Below, piece by piece: positions 19,501-26,940 of a stretch of 64,000 nucleotides of DNA; the first letter of the stretch is position 1; every line of letters starts with the position of its first letter. The position numbers and the translations under genes are program-made. The DNA comes from Gammaproteobacteria bacterium. Lineage in GTDB: Bacteria > Pseudomonadota > Gammaproteobacteria > JAJFKG01. Where the stretch lies: positions 1,130,503 to 1,194,502 of the forward strand of contig OZ220716.1 of the NCBI GenBank assembly GCA_965116795.1, in the 5' to 3' direction. The notes below the pieces were generated by a model. It was given only the letters and a program-made list of their open reading frames with translations. It was not told where the DNA came from and made no database searches.

Positions 19501-21581
19501 AATATTAACAAAATTTCAACTTACAATGATTGCGGTGATGGTGGCAGCTCCTGCTATTGGGAGTGCGGTTGCAGGTGCTATGGGTATTACCAGTAGCATT
19601 GGTATTGGCTTAGTGACAGCCGGTGTTGCGTTAGCCGGTACTGCGCTTGTGAACGTGTTAGTGCCACCACCGATGGCATCCATCCACGGATTTGATAACA
19701 CACCCGCACCCAGTCCGACGTATTCATTGCAAGCCAGGGGCAATCAAGCCAGACTTAGTCAACCGATACCCGTGATTTACGGTAGGCATATTGTGTATCC
19801 TGATTTAGCCAGTACACCGTATTCCCATTATGCCAACAACGAACAATACCTCTATCAATTACATTGCATTGGTCAAGGCGACTATGTTATCGAACAAATA
19901 CGCATCGAAGACACACCAATTAGCTCATTTCAGGAAATTACTTATGAAGTGGTGCCACCTGGCAATCACGTTACTTTATTTTCAGCGAATGTCATCACCG
20001 CACCCGAAGTCGCGGGCCAAGAGTTATTATCAACCAGTGATGGGGGCGGTTACGTTGGTGGCTTTGTGGTGAATCCAGCGGATACGATTGCAACGCAATT
20101 GAGTATCGATATCATCATGCCACGAGGATTGTACTATGCAAATGATAGTGGTGGCTTAGATGCACGCACCATAACGTGGGTCGTTGACGCCAGACAAATT
20201 AATGATGAGGGTAATCCATTACATGATTGGCAGCGTTTAGGCAGTGAAACCATGACAGCAGCGACCAATACCCCACAACGATTAACGTATCATTACACTG
20301 TCACACCAGAGCGTTATGAAGTAAGAGCGCTTAGAACCAACAACAAAGATACATCTGCGCGTAGCGGTAATGAATTACGTTGGGCAGGATTGAAAGCCAC
20401 GCTTAATCAACGTTCTGATATGGGTAACGTCACGTTGCTCGCCATTAAAATGCGTGCCACCGATAACTTATCACAACGTGCATCGCGATTAGTTAATTGC
20501 ATTGTTACACGTAAGTTACCAACATGGAGTAAAGGAACGGGTTGGAGTGCGCCAAAAGCCACACGCTCCATTGCTTGGGTGTTAGCGGATATTGCCAGCA
20601 GTGAATACGGTGGTAATCTGCCTGATAGTCGTATTGACTTGGAAATATTAGCAAGTCTTGATACAACATGGCAGCAACGTAACGATTGTGTTGATGTGGT
20701 ATTTGACCAACCGATTACAGTGTGGGAAGCATTAACGCGGGTGGCACGTTGTGGACGCGCAGTGTGTTTTATGCAAACGGGGATTGTAAGATTTGTCAGA
20801 GATGAGTCAAGAACAATTCCAGTAGCGCTATTCTCACCACGTAATATTGTTAAACACAGTTTGAAGCTGCACTATCTCTTAGCCAGTGATGATACCGCTG
20901 ACAGTGTGATTGTCGAGTATTTCTGTAACCAAACGTGGCGACCTGATGAAGTTGAAGTGAGTTTGCCTAATAGTACCAGTAAACAACCAGCAAGAGTCAG
21001 ATTATTAGGCTGCACTGATAAAGAGCAAGCTATTCGCGAGGGTAAATACATGGCCGCTACCAATCATTATCGCAGACGACTCGTAACATTCCAAACAGAA
21101 CTGGAAGGCTTAATACCCACCTATGGGGATTTAATTGCGATTACGCACGATATGCCATCTTGGGGGCAAGGCGCGGAAGTCGTTAGCGTTGAGGGTAACA
21201 CGTTAACTTTATCGGAGCCACTGACCTGGGATGAAAATAAACTTGACGAACATGTTGTTGGTCTTCGCAGCCAAGATGGCAGTGTCAGTGGTACGTATCA
21301 AGTCAAGCCAGGCAACAATGCCAATGAAGTTATCATTCAAGGTGATTTTAATTTTCAACCCTACACCGGTGAATCACAGGAGCGCACGCATGTGGCGTTT
21401 GGCGTTGGTAATGCGTGGAGCACGTTGGCTCGCGTTACTGCTGTGCGTCCTAGAGGTGATGTCATTGAAATCAGCGCAGTCACGGAACATCCTGCGGTGC
21501 ATACTGCTGACGCATAATATTTAATTCATTTATTTTTTTCAATCCAATTTTATTTAACTTTGCAACAGAGAGGAAACTACT

Positions 21582-21884
21582 ATGGCAACCGACAATATCA
21601 AATCATCTGATGAAGGTGTCAAATTAACGCAAGCAGAACTTGACGAGCTAATTGAAAAAGCCTCAGCACGTGGCGCACGTAAAGCACTCATTGAAATGGG
21701 CTTGATGGATGATACAGTCAATGACTTGCGTACCTTGCGTGGACTAGCAAAAACCCTCAAGACAATGCAACACACGTTTGTGCAAACGATGGTGCGCTGG
21801 TTAACAATTGGGATGTTGGTGCTCTTCTTTGCGGGGATTTCAGGGAAGCTGGATTCACTTTTTCATTTAAACAATGGCAAATAA
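21582..21884 (+). CDS. Small phage membrane protein (DUF6127-like), lysis region
   Basis: ELDELIEKASARGARKAL..GL.D...DLRTLRGL; one C-terminal TM segment. Confidence 0.65.
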   Translation: MATDNIKSSDEGVKLTQAELDELIEKASARGARKALIEMGLMDDTVNDLRTLRGLAKTLKTMQHTFVQTMVRWLTIGMLVLFFAGISGKLDSLFHLNNGK

Positions 21885-21899
21885 ACAAGGAATAAAATA

Positions 21900-22364
21900 A
21901 TGATAACCTTACTAGCTACGTTAGCGGGTTTTATTTCTTCAGCTTTCCCAGATGTTTTAAAGCTTGTTAGAGACAGAGCCGACAGAAAACACGAACTTGC
22001 TATCCTTGACAGGCAACTTGAAGCCCAGCGTGAAGGCCATGCTCAGCGTTTAGAGGAAATTCAAATCCAGGCAGACATGACTGAGAGCAAAGCACTATAT
22101 CAACATGCGAGTCTTCCAAGTCATGTGAAATGGGTCGAAGCTCTGCGTGCATCGGTAAGGCCTGTTATTACCTATACATTCTTTGCCTTGTTTGTGTTTG
22201 TTAAAGTGATGGCATTAATTACATTGCTGCAACAAGGGCTCACAATAGTAGACAGTGTGTTAACGATTTGGGGCGACGAAACACAAGCATTGTTTGCTGC
22301 TGTCATGGCGTTTTGGTTTGGGCAAAGGAGTGTGACAAAATCCCGTCAATTGCATCACCTTTAA
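21900..22364 (+). CDS. Putative holin
   Basis: Hydrophobic N-terminus, LRASVRPVITY, two TM segments, FWFGQR end; directly before lysozyme. Confidence 0.7.
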   Translation: MITLLATLAGFISSAFPDVLKLVRDRADRKHELAILDRQLEAQREGHAQRLEEIQIQADMTESKALYQHASLPSHVKWVEALRASVRPVITYTFFALFVFVKVMALITLLQQGLTIVDSVLTIWGDETQALFAAVMAFWFGQRSVTKSRQLHHL

Positions 22365-22504
22365 CTGCACGAATATTTCATTATAAGAATCTCTCCTTGA
22401 GTTTGGCAACAGGCGTCCAATGTTGGCGTTTGTTGCCATTTTTTTATTTGAAGTAAATGTTGTTATGTCGTTTGCTCAATGATTAACATGTTAGGAATAA
22501 CACG

Positions 22505-22984
22505 ATGCGCTATATTACCAACGCTGGACTAAGCTTGATTAAACGATTTGAAAGTTTTTCATCTGCAATATACTGTTGTCTTGCGGGTTATCCCACGATT
22601 GGATATGGCCATGTACTCAAAGCAGATGAGCATTTTGATGGCGGCATTGATAAACAACAAGCAGAAATATTATTGCGTCGTGATGCGCAAGTAGCAGAAC
22701 GTGCTGTGTTACGTTTGATTAACGTTCCATTGACCGATGGACAATTTAGTGCATTGGTGTCGTTTACATTTAATCTGGGTGCGGGGGCGTTACAACGCTC
22801 AACGCTACGACGCAAGGTTAATCGGCAAGAGCACGATGAAGTGCCAGCGGAGTTTGTCAAATGGGTCTACGCCGGTGGGCGCAAGTTGCCAGGTCTGGTG
22901 AAGCGCAGACGACTTGAGGCAAAAATTTATTTTAATAGCTGGGTGAATATCAGTACGCAATCACCTGGACATACAGAACAATAA
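22505..22984 (+). CDS. Phage lysozyme (GH24)
   Basis: IKRFE...GYPTIGYGH, QFSALVSFTFNLG, STLRRKVN, LPGLVKRR. Confidence 0.95.
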   Translation: MRYITNAGLSLIKRFESFSSAIYCCLAGYPTIGYGHVLKADEHFDGGIDKQQAEILLRRDAQVAERAVLRLINVPLTDGQFSALVSFTFNLGAGALQRSTLRRKVNRQEHDEVPAEFVKWVYAGGRKLPGLVKRRRLEAKIYFNSWVNISTQSPGHTEQ

Positions 22985-23519
22985 TCACAAATGGAACGTA
23001 TTATACCAGTATCAACAGGGATGCTTTGTTTAAACAGTTGTGACAGTGTTTCAATGATGAAAATGATATTGCAATACTTAAATGCCATCGTGTATCATGC
23101 GATTGATGACAGGAGTTATGTGTTTGTTCCCATTAAGAACATTCACTTAGGTAGTATCAGCGCATTGGTTTTTTAGGGATTAATAGTTTCATCAAATTAA
23201 TGGCTGTGTTCTATTGTCGTCGGTGTAACTTTAAGAGGTGTCGCAAAACCCTCAAGCAGGAAAAAACCAAGTGAGTGCAACGATGCATAAGCGTTGTTGT
23301 TCTTGTGCTCTGGATAAGGTCAAGGCGGCTGAGCCTAATGCCGTGGATGCGGCGGTTAATCAACGCTACCTAATCTGATGGGCGTTTTGGTGGAAATCCG
23401 CAGGCAATTGGTATCGATTGGATGTGTTGAGTCAGTGAGTAGACTATGCGCGTGATCACTCGCCTGATTATGCGTGGCTTGGCAGTGGGTTGATAGCGTT
23501 TGAGGGCTGGTTGCGACGG

Positions 23520-23598
23520 CGCGTCTAAACGTGGTGTTTACAACTAACCGCCAGCCGAGTTTCGCTGGTCTAAGGATTTCTACATGAAAACTCAAAAT
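23520..23598 (+). repeat. 79-bp leader/start repeat, copy 1
   Basis: 78/79 identical to 26862-26940; two small hairpins, AAGGA, then ATG AAA ACT CAA AAT. Confidence 0.95.
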
Positions 23599-26500
23599 TC
23601 AGGGGCGCGCGACACGTCTTTGTGGGGCTGTCCGTCTTTGCGCGGGTGCTCAGCGTCCCGTTTGCCTCTTCAATTTTCTCCTAGTGCGCTAAGAAATTAT
23701 GAGATAAACCGTGAAAATGGCACTGCAACAGATGTCCCCAATCGACCCTTTCCAACTGCAGGCCTAGAATTTTGCCAAGATTTTTTCAAAAACTTCGATT
23801 GGGAGGAAGATAGTGGACGAGGCTATCCCGGAAAAGATAGCCGAGGCAATAAAGAACGGTATTGGTTTGTCGTTAAGCATAGGCAATCAGGTCAGCGCAT
23901 CGAAGGGTTTTATCAAGAGCCAAATTATGAGAAAGGCTTTCCTGATGCTAAGAAAGAGTACTGGTACCGCGTTTGCTTTACCGATACCGAAAATCCGGCC
24001 ATTCGGGCGTGGATGAAAGAAAAAGATTTAAATTACCTCGACCGCATTCAACGAACAAACCCCGCTCTGTATCAACAAGAAACCACAGCCCACCCCGGTA
24101 TTCACCAAAAACAACTGACCAGACAGTGTGAGCGCGGGGTTGTTGTCGGTGGTGAACAGAAAAAACAGGCTGTCAGCTTAGCGTCTAAGAAACAAGGGAA
24201 AGAAAAAAAAGAAAAGCGTAGGAAAAAAGAAGAGTCTAGCAAGAAAAAATCCAGTCGACGCCACCATCCCGAAGCAGGTGCGGCGTTACCCGATGTGCCT
24301 AGGGGTAAAGTCAAGACAATCTATGCTTACCAGTCACCGCAAGGCTCAGGACAGCTATCGTTTCCTGCAGGCAGCCTATTGGACTTGCTCAGTGATGAAG
24401 GCAAGTGGTTACGGTGTCAAAATCAAGCGGGTGATGTGGGTATGGTGCCGAGTATCTGCGTAGAAAAAGCCAAAAAAAGTCCGAAAGGTGGCGCAGTCGC
24501 CGAATTACCCCCCATGTTAGTTGTGGAAGGTGATTTCTCCTCATCCCCGGTGAATCGCTTGCAAGCGACGCAAAAGGAGGGCGGTCCAATAAAAGTACCA
24601 ACTATCCTTGGGCGTGAACCGGTCCCACTTCCGAAGCATCCTAGAAAGCAAGCTAAACAGTACGTTAACGTGTTGTACGATTATACGCCCGATGATTTGG
24701 CAACGGGTTTGGTGTGTCATGAAGATGAGCGATTGACCTTGTTAGATGACTCCGATGAGACATGGTGTTGGTGTCAAAATGAGAGAAAGCAAAAAGGGTA
24801 TGTGCCGTCCAATTACCTTGAGAAAGTAGAGGTGAAAAATAAGCGCGGCGCGTTGAAAGCGGATAACGGCCTGCAGGGTAAAGAGGTAGAGACAGCGGCC
24901 GGGCCGTTACCACAGGTGCCGGATGTAGTGCCATCCTTGCCACAGGCACCGGCGGTGGGCTCTGTCAGAGCAGTGTACGGGTATCAAGCATCGCAGCCAG
25001 ACCAGCTAACTTTTGTGTTTGATGAGCGTTTGGAAGTGTTACGCGATGATGGGGATTGGTGGCAGTGTCGCAAGCAGTCTGGTGAAGTGGGGTTAGTGCC
25101 GCGTAATTATGTGATGAAAGCGGATGAAGAAGTGTCCCTTGCGTCGGAAGCGGTCACTCCACCACTGCCAACCCCTCCGAGCCCATCGCCGTCTCCGAAT
25201 CCATCCCTGGGAATAGGCAGCCACAGTGCGGAGCACCTGGTGGACTATGCTGATTTACGTTTTGGCAGGCTGTTAGGGCGAGGTGGTTTTGGTGAAGTCT
25301 ACCGTGGAACGTCTTCGGTGCATGGTGAGGTAGCGATTAAGAAGTTATTGCAACATAAACTGACCGCGACGTTAGAAGCGGAGTTTCGTCATGAGGCGGC
25401 GGTGATGGTGAAGATGCGTCATCCGAATGTGTTAACCCTGTACGGAGTTGTATTGATACCGGAGTGCTGCATGGTATTGGAGTTTATGGCTAGGGGGTCA
25501 TTGTATGATGTGTTGCACAGTGAAGAGCCACTGAGTTGGCAGATGCGCTATCAGGTTGGGTTAGATGCGGCCAGAGGGCTATTGTACTTGCATGGTAAAC
25601 ATATCTTGCATCGGGACTTGAAGAGTTTGAATGTGTTGTTGGATGAGCGCAATAAAGCCAAGTTAGCGGATTTTGGGTTATCCAAGATAAAGGTATCGTC
25701 GAGTCAAACGCATAATGCGGGAATAGCGGGGACGACGCAATGGATAGCGCCGGAGTTATTTCGGGGAGAGAGGTACACGCCGGCGTGTGATGTTTATAGT
25801 TTAGCGATGGTGTTGTGGGAGTTGCTGAGTCGGCAGATACCGTATCGGAATCAAGTGCCAGGGGTTATTCCGGAGTGGATAAAGAGTGGGGGCAGAGAAA
25901 CGCTGCCGCCCGACTCTCCAGACAGTTTGCAGGCACTGGTGTCAGATTGCTGGAAGCCACAACCACGGGAACGGCCGAAGATACGGGAGGTGGTCAGTAA
26001 GCTGCAAGCCAATCCCATCACAGATAGCACACTCATTCCTTCACCGCACGTGCAGGGGGCGAGAGCAGCGGATGAGGATGCATCGGTATGGTCTGGTGAA
26101 CCGTTAGACACCGAACCCAATGAGCGGTCAGGCAGGCCAGCGCCGGTGAGCACGGGTTGGTTTGACAGTGCAACACCTGCATCCACGCCGTCACCATCAG
26201 CGACCCCCAAAACCGGTCAACCTAAACGCGAGCAAACGCACGACAGTGGTTGGTGGATGCAAAGTGGAACGGGCTCAGCAGAAGGTCAGCGCAGAGGTGC
26301 AAATCAGCGTGGCCGTGCAAATCAGCGTGGCGGTATGAGAGGACGTGGGAACATTGGTGGTGGTTCAGCCTCCCCGGGCCCAGCTGGCGCATCGCCATCG
26401 TTGTTTCAACCAGTAGGGCAAGGCCGCGGACCATCACTAATCCCGGTGATGACCCCACCCCCGCGGTTAGAAGGGGATGGTGATGTCTTTGAAGCACTGG

Positions 26501-26721
26501 CAAAGGGGAATTGCCAGGCACGAGATGCGAGACAATTATCGTTTATGAAGGGAGATAAGCTCACGGTGATTGAGAAACAGCCTTCTGGATGGTGGATGTG
26601 TGAATTGAATGGCAAGCGCGGATTAGCGGCGGGGAGTTGGTTGCAGTTGGTAGAGCCAGAGGCCCCTCAACAACAAGGTGGTAGTGAGTCTTCGTCTAGC
26701 ATGAGCAGTGGGTATGTGTAA
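23584..26721 (+). CDS. Eukaryote-like kinase: novel N-terminal domain, Lys-rich patch, 3 SH3, TKL-type kinase, RGG-rich linker, C-terminal SH3
   Basis: SH3 signatures (VLYDY...WCW...GYVPSNYL; AVYGY...DQLTF...DWW...GLVPRNYV); GRGGFG, VAIK, HRDLKSLN, DFG, APE, DVYS. Confidence 0.92.
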   Translation: MKTQNSGARDTSLWGCPSLRGCSASRLPLQFSPSALRNYEINRENGTATDVPNRPFPTAGLEFCQDFFKNFDWEEDSGRGYPGKDSRGNKERYWFVVKHRQSGQRIEGFYQEPNYEKGFPDAKKEYWYRVCFTDTENPAIRAWMKEKDLNYLDRIQRTNPALYQQETTAHPGIHQKQLTRQCERGVVVGGEQKKQAVSLASKKQGKEKKEKRRKKEESSKKKSSRRHHPEAGAALPDVPRGKVKTIYAYQSPQGSGQLSFPAGSLLDLLSDEGKWLRCQNQAGDVGMVPSICVEKAKKSPKGGAVAELPPMLVVEGDFSSSPVNRLQATQKEGGPIKVPTILGREPVPLPKHPRKQAKQYVNVLYDYTPDDLATGLVCHEDERLTLLDDSDETWCWCQNERKQKGYVPSNYLEKVEVKNKRGALKADNGLQGKEVETAAGPLPQVPDVVPSLPQAPAVGSVRAVYGYQASQPDQLTFVFDERLEVLRDDGDWWQCRKQSGEVGLVPRNYVMKADEEVSLASEAVTPPLPTPPSPSPSPNPSLGIGSHSAEHLVDYADLRFGRLLGRGGFGEVYRGTSSVHGEVAIKKLLQHKLTATLEAEFRHEAAVMVKMRHPNVLTLYGVVLIPECCMVLEFMARGSLYDVLHSEEPLSWQMRYQVGLDAARGLLYLHGKHILHRDLKSLNVLLDERNKAKLADFGLSKIKVSSSQTHNAGIAGTTQWIAPELFRGERYTPACDVYSLAMVLWELLSRQIPYRNQVPGVIPEWIKSGGRETLPPDSPDSLQALVSDCWKPQPRERPKIREVVSKLQANPITDSTLIPSPHVQGARAADEDASVWSGEPLDTEPNERSGRPAPVSTGWFDSATPASTPSPSATPKTGQPKREQTHDSGWWMQSGTGSAEGQRRGANQRGRANQRGGMRGRGNIGGGSASPGPAGASPSLFQPVGQGRGPSLIPVMTPPPRLEGDGDVFEALAKGNCQARDARQLSFMKGDKLTVIEKQPSGWWMCELNGKRGLAAGSWLQLVEPEAPQQQGGSESSSSMSSGYV

Positions 26722-26802
26722 TGTGTGAGTGAAAGAGAGCAATGCAAGTATCGTGTTATTGAAACGTTTTAAGGTGTTGAAGTAGTTAAAGGAGGAAAAG
26801 CA

Positions 26803-26889
26803 ATGGACTCAGCAACGATAGCAGTAGCCGGAAAAGTAGGCATGGCAATGTTTGATGTGGCCGCGTCTAAACGCGGTGTTTACAACTAA
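26803..26889 (+). pseudogene. 28-aa ORF, probable truncated 5' end of an MLKL-like or other cargo gene
   Basis: AAGGAGG RBS; MDSATIAVAGKVGMAMFDVA then runs into the leader repeat and stops. Confidence 0.4.
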
Positions 26890-26940
26890 CCGCCAGCCGA
26901 GTTTCGCTGGTCTAAGGATTTCTACATGAAAACTCAAAAT
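26862..26940 (+). repeat. 79-bp leader/start repeat, copy 2
   Basis: Matches 23520-23598 at offset 3342 with one mismatch. Confidence 0.95.

Larger units (their letters stand above)
18059..19527 (-). mobile_element. IS110 family element (IS110 subgroup), AAT/ATT core
   Basis: AAT at 18056-18058 and 19525-19527; exact in-frame gene reconstruction; no terminal IR. Confidence 0.9.
17790..21517 (+). pseudogene. Host-specificity/central tail protein (gpI/J-like, about 752 aa when joined) split by IS110
   Basis: Removing 18059-19527 restores GTG TTA ATG ATT GCG (KILRSVL-MIAVMVAAP); NQARLSQPIPVIYGRH motif. Confidence 0.85.

Noticed and set aside
23232-23250. TAAGAGGTGTCGCAAAA, an IS-end-like motif at the start of the cargo block
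   Set aside because: No matching inverted end or transposase found
26707-26721. C-terminal SGYV as a canonical PDZ ligand
   Set aside because: Position -2 is Gly, fitting neither class I nor class II well
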